A stretch of 64,000 nucleotides of DNA, taken from the NCBI GenBank assembly GCA_001244265.2, contig CDLV01000006.1, positions 2,232,001-2,296,000 of the forward strand, in the 5' to 3' direction. Origin of the DNA: Microbotryum violaceum (Eukaryota). A program made the translations under genes and the position numbers. Below are positions 39,126 to 52,408 of this stretch, piece after piece; position 1 is the stretch's first letter; each line of letters opens with the position of its first letter. The notes beneath the pieces are model-generated. The model saw only the letters and a list, made by a program, of their open reading frames with translations, did not search any database and was not told where the DNA came from.

Positions 39126-39583
39126 CAAGGGGGGGGGTGGGGGGCAAATACAATAATAAAAAAGAAGCACGTTGGGCTCAATTTCAAAGACCAACTTGGA
39201 TGTTGTATTCGGAGAGTGAGGACGTGACGGTGAAACCAACTATCCTTGACAGATAGATTTTACGTTGTTTCCGCCGCACATGCATGACCGTACCCTACCA
39301 TTACATACCCCATGTGACAGCGAAACCTTGGGACAGTCTTCAGGTATTAGTTCTTGAAGGTCTTCCTGTCTGGCCCGGGGCAGCCTGTGCCTCGCGGCTA
39401 GTTAGTATAACGGCTTTAGTATAATAGTGCCTGGCCGGGCCTGGCTGAGCTCCAATCTGTCATTATCCGGACGCGTCGAGTTGCGCTGCTCTTGGCTCCA
39501 TTGGCCGTTCCCCTGTTGATCACTCGCCTCCACATTCCACATCTCGCGCGGCACAAACTCACGGCGGTGACTACTGGACCAGC

Positions 39584-40753
39584 ATGGCCTCACCAAGATC
39601 AAGCATGGCCGCCATCCCGCCCTCCAAATCCGCCTCCACCATCTCTGCCCTCGCCTCGACGCCGTCGCACCTGCTCCGCCATGCCTCGAGCGCCGCGTCC
39701 GAGTCCTTCTCCACCACGACCAGCGCTAGTGGTGCACCCGGGACGGCAACAGGCGAACGCAAAAGGAGGACGAGGAACTTGTTGCAGAACTACAAGATCA
39801 TGGCCCAGGGCGGGAACGGGCAGGGCGGCGGGATGACGAATCAGGGTGATCCGTACGATATCGGTCAGTCGTGCGTCGTTGCGAGCGATGTTCGGAGCAC
39901 TGAGGTGTGCTCTCTCCACAGACTCCCCGGAATCGTTCAGCCCGGACATGTACTTTCATCGCATCAGCAACAACGCGTCTTTGCCCGAGCTGCTCAGGCA
40001 AGAGAACGAGTTGCTCAACCGCGAGTCCCTCTGCGCGTGGCCCCCTCTTGACACGTTCTCCGAGCCGCGCACAGCTGACACTTTGCTAAGGCTCGACTTG
40101 ACCCAGAGATCCGAGAACTCGATGGCGAACGTCAATCACTCGTGTACAACCACCATCACGAACTGATTCAAGGTCAGTCTCTGCTCCGCGCCACGTCCGC
40201 GCCACGCCGCGCCCCTTTGCCGACCTGTCCGAGCGCTTCCGCTGAACCTCACCCCTGCGCCATTCGCACAGCAAGCGATACGATCCGCAAGATGAAGTCC
40301 CGTGCCGAAGCCTTGGATGCCTCTCTCGACTCGCTCAAATCAGCCTTCCAATCGATCGCGCAGTTGTCGGATACACTCGCTCCCAAAACCGTCCGCACGA
40401 TCGACCTCCCCACCTCACCTAATAGATTCCTCCCCCCAATCACCTCCAAGCCGACCGCGGAGCCGTCTCGCGTAGACGTCCTTTTCAATGGCCTTTCCCC
40501 ACCTTCGCACTTCGATCCGTTGATCCACCTCCCCGCGCTCCTCTCGCTTCCGATCCTCTTGAAAGCGCTTCTGGTGAACGATCGAGCCCGAGCCGATTCG
40601 TTATGGGGGCTGTGGGAACCTGCATTGAGATCATGGGAGGATGAAGAGGTGCAAGGGGTCAAGGAGATCGGGATGGAGTGTAGGGAGGCTCTGAGGAGGG
40701 GAAGGAGTGGTTCGTTGAGTGTTGGGAAGGCGCAGGGACTGAGGACAGCATAG
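39584..40753 (+). CDS. VPS51: GARP complex subunit Vps51/Ang2
   Basis: RRTRNLLQNY, DPYDIDS..F, SLPELLRQENEL..EIRELDGERQSLVYNHHHELI..SDTIRKMK. Confidence 0.9.
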
Positions 40754-41541
40754 TGGGGGTGGGGGCGCGGAGGGGTGAGTGGGTGGGTTGGTCTTTCGGC
40801 GGTTCAGAGGGTGGTTTGAAATACGTCGTTTGTTGTACTTTTTATTATTATCATTCCGCACCGTTCTTTAACTTGCATGCTTGCAGTCGATTTTTTCTCA
40901 GATTGCGAGTCACTCGACATGAAAATCATCCTCGGTGAACAGGATCTGAACGGACTTGAATCGCAGGTGAGGATTCCGCTGAGGAGCTCGGGCTGCCAGC
41001 CAGAGAAGTGGACGGCGAAGCTGGGATTGACCCCGACTGGACTCCCTTGCCTCTTGACTGAGGTATGACGTGTCAGGCCGAATCGTCTGCACTTGTGCTG
41101 CGAGCGGTCCGAGCGGCCGCGCCACGAATTCCGAACTACATAGCAATCGCGCCACAGCTTTGTTGGATCTCTCCTTGAACTCTGCCAGTACACCCGGACC
41201 GTACCCGGACCACTGCACCCGTTAAGTTGCAGCTCGCCCCTCGCGCCTCGCCTCTTCAACTCGCCTCTTCAACTCGTCGTGCGTCGTCGAATGCTTCAAA
41301 ACGTGCTGTAACCTCCTCTCTCTAGAACTGACGCCACAACCAGACACGCCTGCGCTGCCCACTTCGACCGGCTGCGGCTCAATCACGGCGAGCCGAGCAC
41401 CGCGTCGAGGCGACAGTTGCGACAGTCGACGCCCGTTCCTGCCAGGGACAACCGCCGCCGACCGGACTCACCGCCACGCAACGCGAACGAACCCCCTCCG
41501 AACGGAGTCCGAAAGCTCGGCTCCCCTCTCACGGACGCAAC

Positions 41542-43673
41542 ATGAACGCCTCTCCGGCCACAACCTCCACCTCGACCGCGCTTTCGGCCATCATTAGGAA
41601 CAAGCGCTTCCTGGGTGTACTGGTATTCATCCTCGTGTGCGGTACATGGACGCTCGTGCACCCCTCTACACGCGCCGCTTTCATCGGACCTTTATTGCCC
41701 AGTCGTTTGGATCGCACCAACGCCAACACCCATCATCTCTCCTCCACCTCGATCTCCGAAACAGATCCCCTCAACCAAAAGGGTGATAGCAGTTCCACAA
41801 GCTCCGATCGATACGCCCTCGCCGCCGAGGACCGAGTGACCAAGTTGTTCAGTTCCAAGTCCGAGGCTCAGATCGAGGTCGAGTGGGAGAGGTTGGGGAA
41901 GAGCTACAGAGCCGTGAGGGATGAGGTGCCGGATGTGACAAGGCTGGATTTGCATGCCAATCGGTTCAAGGTGGTGGTGGTGAGTTTGTGACTTCTTTTG
42001 AGCAAGAGGACAGCCGGGGAAGCCAGGTGGGGGGACTTCAAGGGGGGAGGGAATCATTTGGCGCTGTGGGAGCTCAGGAGAGTACTAGTCGAGCTCATCC
42101 CAAGTGACGACTCCGTCTCCTCATTTTAGCAACTGGACCAATTCGACCGAGCGATCGACGGCAGCCGGCTCAACGCGACCATGCGCGAAACGTACCACAA
42201 AACGACGCGCCACCTTCGCGACGACCTCTTCAGGTCACTGTACCCGTACGTCTCGCGCAACGACAATCACCAACGCACGTTCGACGATCTGTTGATGCGG
42301 TACTCGAGGACGGCGGGTATCGTGATTCCTTGTGGGAATGATCAGTTCCAGGTGGGTTACGACGACAATGAAGACCGAGGGAGATGTACTCTGTTTTAGA
42401 CGGAGACTCATTCGGTCCTTCTTGCCCTTCACCAGTGGGCCGTGCACCTCATCGCGACCCTCAAAAATGTACACAAAACCAAGTTACCCATCCTCGTCGC
42501 CCATTCAGGTCAGGGCGACCTCACCGTCGAGAAACGAGCCGCGTTACGCTCGCTCTCCCCCGACGTCGAGACCGTGGACTTGTTGCACATCTTTGACGAG
42601 AAGCACGTCGGATTGGAGAACTCGGGATGGGCGATCAAACCTTTTGCCATTCTCGCTTCCCCCTTCAAAGAAACGATCATCTGCGACGCCGATGCCATCT
42701 TCTTACAAGATCCGGCAATCCTCCTGACCGATTCGGGGTATGAACGAACCGGAACCCTGTTCTTCCGCGATCGTGAGATTTTCCCCGGGGATGGGAACGT
42801 GCACGCGTGGTTCAAGGAGTTGATGAAGGGGAGGAAACCGAGCAAGATGTTACAGAAATCTCGATGGTGGTTGGACGAGGCTTCTAGGGAGGAGATGGAG
42901 AGTGGGGTGGTCGTGGTCAATAAAGGACGGAGAGATGTGGCACTGGGGATGGTGTTTGTGGGCTTTTTGAATACAAGGGAGGTGAGGGACGCGGTGATGT
43001 ATAGGCAAACTTATGGGGATAAAGAGTCGTATTGGTGCGTTGACTTGGAGAGGGTTGTTGGTGATGGTGCTGCTGCGCAAAATGGGTGGCTAATATTGCT
43101 CTTTGCACAATCGTACAGGATGGGTTACGAATTGGGTGGCGTGCCATGTCCGTCGGCGGTTCGACCTCATTGCGGACCCGACGCTGATCATCAGGTCTCT
43201 TCCACCTTTACACTTTCAGACTACTTTGATCCTCCGTACGCCGGTATTGCAGGTCGGGTGACCCATCCCAATGCCAAAGGGCACACCGTGGATTCCCGAA
43301 TTTGCTCGGAGCATCATCTTCACCTCGACTATAGTGCGTTATATACCTTTGAGGAATTTCGAACGTTCCATGGTGAAAGCTGACTTTTCCGTTCGAACGT
43401 GTTCTGCTAACAGAGGGTCGTCCCCTCTGGTGGAACGGCTCCCTGTACGAAGACAAACGCCACCGCGAAAAAGGGTGGTTCCTCGCGCTCCACTACACGC
43501 ACGGAACAGTCGACTGGGATTGTGAACCGGAACCTTGGTGCATGAAAGGAATTCGGGAGGAGGACGTCAAGAAGTTTTCCGAGGTGAAACTGGAGGATGG
43601 CACGGGCTTTGATAGGGTTCTGAGTGATATGATAGGCGCGGCGTTGGTGGCCGAGTTGAAGTTCCCCAAGTGA
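41542..43673 (+). CDS. Alpha-1,3-mannosyltransferase (GT71, MNN1/MNT family)
   Basis: Type II TM anchor, GIVIPCG, GWAIKPFAILASPF..DADAIFLQDP, GTLFFRDR, MESGVVVVNK, YGDKESYW, PLWWNGSL. Confidence 0.9.
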
Positions 43674-44306
43674 GTTTAGGTGAGAAAGGAGGAGAAGGCG
43701 CTGATGGCTGATGCGTGCAGTGGTTCGGGGATCCTTGCGACAGCTTGATCGCACGGTCCTGAGCAAAGGAAGGACTAGATTATCTTTCCTTTCCGGACTA
43801 TCGATGTGTCCTCCTTTCCCCTCGATTTCAATCACGTGATGATAGTCCGTTCTTTTCCTTCTTTCACGTTCCCCCCCCCCCCCGGTGTGGTTTAGGTTTA
43901 GGTTTCGTTCTGTTTTTTTTTTTTGCACCGCAACAACGTTTCTTCTGGGTCTGGCTGCGGTGTCTTTGAGGTGGTAGGGGTCCAAAGTTGCGCCGGCGCG
44001 TTCGATCGGCACTGTTCGGCCCGCACATGGCAGCTCCGCTTTAAGTTGGTCGTCACTCGCTGAGGCGTCGGTCGTCTTCTCGCCCTCGGCGCCCCCACTC
44101 AGTCCTCCCCGAACAGCTGCGAGCTACCACACCGACCAAGACCATTCCAGAACACAAACCCGAGAGCCTTCTGATCTGTGCACCATCCAGCGACAAATCT
44201 GTGCGCTTGATCGCCAGCAGTACCGACCATCTAACCTGACTCGATTTGCCCGACCACGACCAAAAGTGACTCGACTTGCGCAAAGTCGACATTTTCAACG
44301 GCGACG

Positions 44307-45155
44307 ATGAGTTCGACCCCTCTCAACTTTGCGCCCTGTCAGTACACCAGAACAATTCATCCTAGGATTTCGGAGAGCTGACCTCCCTTGTTGGCCAAGA
44401 GACTCTGAGCCGCCTGACGTGTCCAAAGCCCGTTGGGCGCCACCTGCGCCTTCCTCCACCTCTTCCTACACCCCACAGGCACAGCCACCCCAAGCGTCCA
44501 CCTCGTACCAATCAGGAGCGCCCATCTCCTCCCTAGGTGCCAACACCTCCTTCTCCTCCGCCGCCACACCAGGCTTTCTAACACGATCATGGCCAGGAGG
44601 AGCGGGCGGCGCGCGCGCGCTCTCGACGGGGACGGAAACGACGTTGGGGTATCGGTACGATTATGAAGGACCGATGGCGTATGCTTTGGGGCCGTTTGGG
44701 GCGGTCGGGTTGTTGGTGCTGGAGGTGGAGAATGATTGGGTGAGGTTCCATGCTTGGCAGGTACGTTTTTGAGGCGCAGAGGGGTGGTCGTTGTGGGGCT
44801 CACCTCACCAGTTGGGCGAAAGGTTCTTCTAGATGTGCTGATCCGGTTTCCTCGCGAATGTGCTACACACAGTCGGTGTTATTGACGGGTGTTTTGGTAT
44901 CGTTGCATCTGATTTGGGCCGTATGGGGCCTGCACCTGCTCGCTTCGATCCAACTCTTGGTCGAATGCGCCGTGTTCATCCTTCTGACGTGAGTTGGGTC
45001 GAGGGGTCGGGTGGGTTCATGACGGCCAGAGGACTGATGTACGTACTCCAACGTGTGCATGTAGATGGCAAACTTACCGTGATGCGGACCTATTGGACCG
45101 GTACGAGTTGCCTTGGATTGGCAGGATCGCGAACCAATGGGTCGAGGCCGAGTAA
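44307..45155 (+). CDS. Small membrane protein (UPF0132/DUF4870-like)
   Basis: AYALGPFGAVGLLVLEVENDWVRFHAWQ|S, hydrophobic helices, YRDADLLDRYELPWIGRIANQWVEAE*. Confidence 0.75.
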
Positions 45156-45571
45156 TTTTTTCCTGGAAGGGGTTTGCGGGGTATGGGGTGTAGTTGTACA
45201 GTGGGGTTGATTTATGTATATACATAAAGCGATATCCGAGTGTCTGACCTGATGGTGGTCTGGGAGGGATGATGGAGCCATGCGAGAATTCTGACTCGGG
45301 GCCGATCCGGGGTCGACGCACGGCCCCCACGACTTGCGAGCCCCAGAGGGGCCCAGGCTGGCCCAGGCGCGTCGAGTCGCGCGTGTGTCTCTCTGTACGC
45401 GTAAATCATCGTCAGTGGCTTCCTCCCGACTCGCACCCGCGCCCACTCCCTTGATTCCGCGCCCACACCTCGACCGACCACACCCACCCTCGCTTCATCC
45501 AGCACTGCGCCATCCCGCCGCCTCCCCTCCTCCGCCCTCCGCCCTCCGCTCTCCTCCCCCTCCCGCCCAAA

Positions 45572-47521
45572 ATGGATCACCTCAACCAACCGGTCGTGAT
45601 CGACCAAGGCTCCGGTTCGACCAAAGCCGGGTTCGCAGGCTCGGATCATCCGACGTGTTATTTCCCCTCTTATGTCGGTGCGTGAGCCTAACTACACTCG
45701 ATTTCACGATCGGGACAATCCCACACGACGAGCGCGCGAAAGGAAAGGGGCGCTGATCAGTTCTTGCGTGCGTCGTCGGGTCGATCGAGCGCTTAGGTCG
45801 ACCTAAACATACGAGGGTCATGGCCGGAGCGGTCGAAGGGGATGCGTTCGTGGGCAAGAAGGCGCAGGAGTTGAGGGGCTTGTTGAAGATAAAGTAAGGC
45901 GTTGCACTTGCGCTCGACGACTGAACCAGCGCGGCGTTCGCCGTCCCCGGTCGGGTCGGGTGGGGCACTGCTTCGAGAAGACGGCGAGGGAAAAGAAAGC
46001 AACGTATTGACCTGCATCGCGGTAACTCCAGTTACCCCATGTCTCATGGCATCGTCACCGATTGGGACGACATGGAACGCATCTGGTCCCACGTCTACAC
46101 CGACGAGCTGAGGACATTATCCGAGGAGGTGAGCCAGCATCGCTACCAGCGAACAGGCTACCGCTACCCAGCGAACAGTCATCAGCGAACACGCTACCGG
46201 CGAAGAACGTCTCTTCCGTCTTCCAAAACTAGCTGTCTGATCATCTTCCTTTCTTGCCTCCCAGCACCCCGTGCTATTGACCGAAGCCCCTCTGAACCCG
46301 AGTACGAACCGAGAACAGGCCGCGCAAATCTTTTTCGAGACCTTCAACGTCCCCGCCATGTACACCTCCGTGCAAGCTATTCTCGCACTGTAAGTCTCAC
46401 ACAAACCACGTCGAGAATGTGATCCATATTAACTGTGTGTCAATTCTTGTAGATACGCCTCGGGCCGAACGACGGGCATCGTGCTGGACTCGGGGGACGG
46501 CGTCACCCATGCCGTGCCCGTATTCGAAGGCTTTTCGATGCCCCATGCGATTCGGAGAGTCGATGTTGCAGGGAGGTGCGTTTCAGGTGTAAGCCGACTT
46601 GTGTGGAAGGGGGGAATGCTAACCTCGGCCAGCGCGCGACTGTCGCACAGGGACGTGACGGAGCATTTGCAGTTGTTGCTTCGCAAGGCCGGGTATCATC
46701 TCCATACGACGGCGGAGAAGGAGGTGGTGAGGATGATCAGTGTGTTCGGCATCCACATCGTTCGTCGGAGGTCTCTTGGGCGTAACTGAGTGTGTTTTTG
46801 GGTATTCGGCGCAGAGGAAAAGACATGTTATGTCGCGCTTTCGCCGGCCAAGGAGGAGAAGGAATCCCAGGGTGGGGGGAGGGGCGAGGATTTCCGATTA
46901 CCGGATGGGAATCTGATCAGGGTGAGCTCAAAGCCCCCTTGTATGCTGCTCATGCAGATCACAAGGTCGACTGACACTGACTTTGCGCTTCTCTTTCAGC
47001 TGGGAGCCGAACGACACCGAGCGCCCGAGTTGTTGTTCACGCCTGAATTGGTCGGGTTGGAATACTCGGGCGTGCATCAGGTCGTTGTTGATTCGATCAA
47101 TCGGGCTGATTTGGATCTGCGGAAGAGTTTGTTCGGTAATGTCGTCTTGTCAGGTGGGGGTACATTAGTCAAAGGTGAGCACTCAAAGTGAACAATCACA
47201 GAATCAAAACACGAGTGCAGCAGAGCTAGAACCTCTCCCTCTCTTGAACAGGTTTTGGCGACCGTCTCCTGCACGAAGTCAAGAAGCTTGCCCTACGCGA
47301 AACCAAGATCCGCATCTCGGCACCACCGGAGCGGAAATACTCGACTTGGATCGGAGGCTCGATCTTGGCCGGGTTGTCGACGTTCAAGAAGATGTGGGTT
47401 TCGGCAGAAGAGTATCAAGAAGGTCAGTCCAGGGCTCAGTCCGAGCATGTTGGCGCGGTTTCGACTAATGGGAGGGATTTGGCTCGCAGATCCGGATATC
47501 ATCTTCAAGCGGTTTGGTTGA
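45572..47521 (+). CDS. ARP1: Actin-related protein 1 (centractin, dynactin)
   Basis: [82 protein letters not shown]. Confidence 0.93.
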
Positions 47522-47913
47522 GGTGTTCTGGTCTTGTGCCTCGGATCTTTCTTTCGGTTTATTTGTCCTGTGTTCCCCTTTCATCCTGCATTTCCATACC
47601 CCCCCCCCCCCCCCAAACGAGTAAATCGACCCCCCAGGCCGAGGCGGATGACCAATTCCTTCGGAGAGCTGGTCGAGGTCGATCCTGCGCGTTCGCGATC
47701 GGTCGTGGCCGCCTCTTCTCCTCTTGCCAGCGTTGACTAGTTGGCTGTACGCGTCGCTCCGAAGCTCTCTCCACCGTGGCTCATCTCTTGCGCCTCTGTT
47801 CGCTCCTACCCAAAGCCTTATCAAGTCTATCTCGCGCTGGCCTTCCTTCGTCGTGGCCTCTACCCGGTTCCTTCCTCCCTCCCATCCTGGCGCCCAAAAG
47901 GTCCTTCTCCTCC

Positions 47914-50900
47914 ATGGCTTGCTCACCCCCCACCGTGCCCCACTCCTTACCGAACGGTACACATGGAGCGGATCGTTCGAATCGGACGAATGCTCTGCAG
48001 GGCGACTTCAAGCTGTTGGTCGAACATCCCCTCGAGTTCGCCCAGGACGTCAAGGTGGTGAAATGGATCAGTCAGAGCACCGGGTTGAAGGTCGTGTGGT
48101 GTGATGTCGAAGGTACGCCAGGCAAGGCAGGCAAGGCAGGCAAGGCAGTGGAGAGATTGGATGGTGGTGGGCGCTGAGCTGGTCTTGTGGGTGCTCTGGG
48201 TGAGACAGGCCCTCTAGTGCAGGGCTACTTTGCAACGATTACCGAGATCTTTGACGATACCGGACGACCGCACACACTCGTCAGTGAAGAGGCATAGAAT
48301 GAGCGCTTCCGGACTCCAATCATATAATTGACTTCTTTTTTGTCACGTGTCACGGCCCGTGCACAGGAACATCTCATCTTTATGGGGTCGGAGCAGTCAG
48401 TCACTCCCGACCCGATTCCCTGACCCAATATCGTCGGTAATACCGTCGGTAGCTTACTTATCAGGTCCGAGCACGCTCCTTCCTCGAACAGATACCCTTA
48501 CAAAGGCATCTTGGACACCTTGGCCAACCGATCTTTTGCACAAGGAACGAACGCGTCAGTCCCGCATGAACGCTTTCCTTTGAAGGAGTCAAAAACCCTG
48601 ACTCGGTCATTCTTTCGTTTACCCCCCCGCAAATCAAAAGCTGGACCGACACCTCCAACACGACCTACACCGTCGGAACCGCAGGCCAACAAGGCTTCCT
48701 CTCCATCACCCCGCCTTTCCTAGACCACATCCTCTACCCGACCATGACCGACGCCGCCTTCGTCACCGAAGTCCATCACCTCAATCCCAAAGGCGAGGAT
48801 TCGGGTGTGGTTTTCTCCGAGATGCAAGGCAGGGAGAATGGGAGTGGCGATTTGATGCAGTTGAGGTTGCAGAGGTGTTTGTATGACAAGTTCAATGCTT
48901 TGAGGAGTGAAACGGGCGGGTTGATGGAGGCATTGAGGAAGTTGAAGGTGCAGGATAGTCAGTCGTTTCTCGAGCGGACACGCCATTTCACGCGGACTGA
49001 CGCACGTTTGAACGTACAGTTCGAGAGTACCACGCCGGAGCTTATCAACCGCAAAACGTCACCTTGATCGTCGTTGGTCGATCCTTGAAACCCGAAAACC
49101 TCCTCTCGACACTGGAACGTGAGGTGCTCCCTACTATCGTCAAACACGGCCAAGCGCAAGGTCCCCGTCCCCCAGGCTGGCGTCGTCCCTTCGTCGAATC
49201 AACGACCGCTCAAAACCCACCCCAAATCCCAGCACAAGGCTTGACGGAAACGGTCGAATTCCCCGAACAAGACGAATCAGTCGGGGAGATCATGCTCTCG
49301 TGGATCGGTGTCCGAGCCAACGACTTCGTCCATGACTTGGGCCTCGAAGTCCTGGGTGAATACCTCACCGATTCCCCCGTATCGCCGTTATACAAACAAT
49401 TCGTCGAAGTCGACGAGCCGGCCTGCACGGACATCTCTTTCTACGCCTCAACGGAGGATCCGACGATCTTAACCGTCTACCTATCGGCCGTCCCTGCGGA
49501 ATTATTGAAGACTCTTGACGCGACATTCAAAGCGTTTTTGAAGACTTTGTGTGAGGGGGATGTGGATATGGAGAGGATGGAGAGCGTGTTGAAGCGACAG
49601 AAGCTGCAGTTGTTGGAATCGATCGAGACCAATGCCGCGGATATGCTGTCGACGAATATTCTGGCTGGTCAGCATCTAGGAACGGCTCATGATCTCGGTC
49701 GCAGTCCCAGTACTAATGATCGTGGTCATTTCATTCTGAACAGATGCCATTTTTGGTCCAGAGGATGGGTCCGAATTGGGCAAGTCGATGGATACGATGG
49801 CCTACTACAGACAGTTGGAAGGCTGGTCGTCGGCGCAGTGGATCGCCTTGCTGGAAAAGTTAGTCTCCCCAAGCAGACACATCGAATCGATGGACTGACC
49901 TGGCCCACCCCATTCCCTCCTTGCACAGATACTACGTCAACGCTCCCAACGTGACCATCATCGGCCGCCCCTCGGCCGCATTAGCCGACCAACTCGCCAA
50001 GGAAGAGAAGCAACGCGTCGCCGCGACCGTCAAGCGTCTAGGACCCGAGGGCCTCGCCGAATTAGGGAAGAAGCTCGAAACCGCCCAAGCGGAGAACGAC
50101 CGACCAATCCCTTCCGACATCATTTCGAACTTCAAGGTTCCAGATGTGGAGGGTATTGATTGGATCAAGGTCGAGAGTGCTAGGAGTGCTGGAGTGGCGA
50201 AGGAGGTTGGACCGGTGAGCGATAATCAGGTGCAGAAGCATGTCGATCAGGATGGGAGCAAGGTACCGTTGTTCGTGCAATATGATCGTGAGTTTGGGAA
50301 CGAGGACCCCAGCGTTTGCACATGAGGGTAAGAGAGCTGATCGTTCTGCATCCGATATCAAACAGACATCAATTCCAACTTTATCGAAGTCTCCATCGTC
50401 CTCTTCATCACCGACATCCCTTCCCAAGACCCTAAACACCTCCGTTCGCTCCTCCCCATCTACCTCGACTCGTTCTTCTCCCTCCCCGTCACCCGAGCCG
50501 ATGGGACGATGCTCGACTTCGAGGAAGTCGTACGACAACTCGATGCCGAGACGTTGTCGTATAGTATCGATCTTAATAGTCCGTTGCAGGAAGGGGTTAC
50601 GTTGAGGGTGAAGGTGGAGAAGGGGAAGTATGCGACGGCTGTGGCTTGGCTGGGCGATTTGTTGTGCGGGTCCAGCTTCTCAGTTGATCGGTAAGTGTCG
50701 ACTCCGGAGACGTTTTCATTGACGCCTCAGGAAAAAAGCAACTGATAACGTCTCTTTCCCATACAGTCTCAAAGTCTCAACAACGAAAGCGATCCAAAAC
50801 CTTCCTTCCGAAAAACGAGACGGTTACGAAGTCGCCTACGCCGCGTACCGCCAATTGCTCAACGACGAAGCAACGAGTACGAACGTTGCTCTCAACTTGC

Positions 50901-52184
50901 TCAACAGGGATGAGGCATTGCCGGAGTTGTTGGTGAGGCTCAAGGAGGAGCCGGAGAAGGTCGTGGAGGAGTTCGAGGGGCTGCGTCAGAGCTGTGAGCC
51001 ATGCAGTTTTTCAAGTCGAGTCGGCTGATATTCCTGCCCCGTCGCTGATCTCGAAAACACTGCGATGGTTCACCAGTGCTCAACCCTCGAGCGATGCGAG
51101 TCCAAGTCAAGGGTGACATTTTGGCCATCGAAGACCCAGCAGCGACATGGCTAAAGCAGTACCGAACCGTGGAGAAGTTCTCTTATTCCGAACTTGTGCC
51201 TGTCAAATTGAGTCAGCATGCTCTGAGCCTTCTCGGGAGGGAGCCTTCCAAGAAGGTAAGCACCACGAATGGGTTGACGCTCTAGAATACAGAGACTCAA
51301 CATAAAATTGTCGTCTTGTGTTCGCTTCGCTCTCCTAGGTCGTCATCTTTGGCTTGCCCTCTATTGAATCCTCCTTCGGGTTCCACCTCGCCAAAGGTCC
51401 GAACGACTGGAACCACGCCGACCAACCGGCTTTGACAGTCGCGAGGGCTATCTTGAACGCGCAAGAAGGGTTTTTATGGAAGAGTCGGTTTTTTCTCCGC
51501 TACCAGAATACAATCAGCCTCCCACCTCCCGAAGCTGACCTTGGTCTTTCACTTCAGGTATCCGAGGCGCAGGTCTGGCCTACGGCGCTTCCATATCCCA
51601 GGACACTGAATCCGGTACGATCAGTTACCGAATTTACAAATCGCCCGATACCTACTCTGCCTTCGTCGCCGCCCAAGAACTGATCACTTCCATCGTCGAG
51701 AAGAGAGTGGAGATTGACGCTTTGACTATTGAGAGTGCGAAATCGTCGTTGGCGTTCGATACGGCGAATAAGGAATCGACGATGAATGAGGCGGCGAATG
51801 CGGCGTTCAGGAATGTGTTGGTCGGATTGGAAGAAGGGTATGGCAGGGTCGCGTTGGCGAGAACAAAGGTGTGATTCCTCGATCCTTGTTTGGAACTGTC
51901 TCGCACTTGCTGACACACACCTCGGGGGTTACATAAAACAGGACGTCACGCTCTCCGACATCCTCCGCGTCATCGAGAAATACATCGCCCCCATTTTCGA
52001 TCCGTCCAAGTCGATCGGTGCTGTCTCAGCCCACAAAGCCAAGATCGACGAGATGGCCACCTCTTTCGAGAAACTTGGGTATGAGGTTGAGAAGAGGACG
52101 TTTGGGGATGCGGATGACGATGAAGATGGGTCTTCTTGTGGTTCGGAGGGGTCGGCCTCGGGATCCGAGTCGGGGAGCGAGTAG
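47914..52184 (+). CDS. M16 (insulinase-like) zinc metallopeptidase, YOL098C/Sdd3-like
   Basis: TEIFDDTGRPHTL|EHLIFMGS (inverted HxxEH), TEVHH..GEDSGVVFSEMQGREN, SETGG, IRGAGLAYG; acidic C-terminus; many introns. Confidence 0.88.
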
Positions 52185-52408
52185 ATAGTTAGCTTTAGCC
52201 AGATCTGAGTGTCCTATTTCGCGACCCATGGTTTTTTCGTCTTCCTTGATCCGAGCGCAGCGATGCTATAACCAGCGATAGTATTTACAACAGCCCTCTA
52301 TCGAGAACAAAGCTGTCAAGATGTATGTGCGTATGCGCATGTGCCTCGTATGTTACAATTACGATAGAACTTTATAGAGTTCTAGGTCGGAGAAGGGAAA
52401 AGACGCGT

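Noticed and set aside
46131-48148. Short intronic repeats (CGCTACCAGCGAACA-like in ARP1; GGCAAGGCA x3 in the M16 gene)
   Set aside because: Ordinary slippage repeats with no evidence of function.
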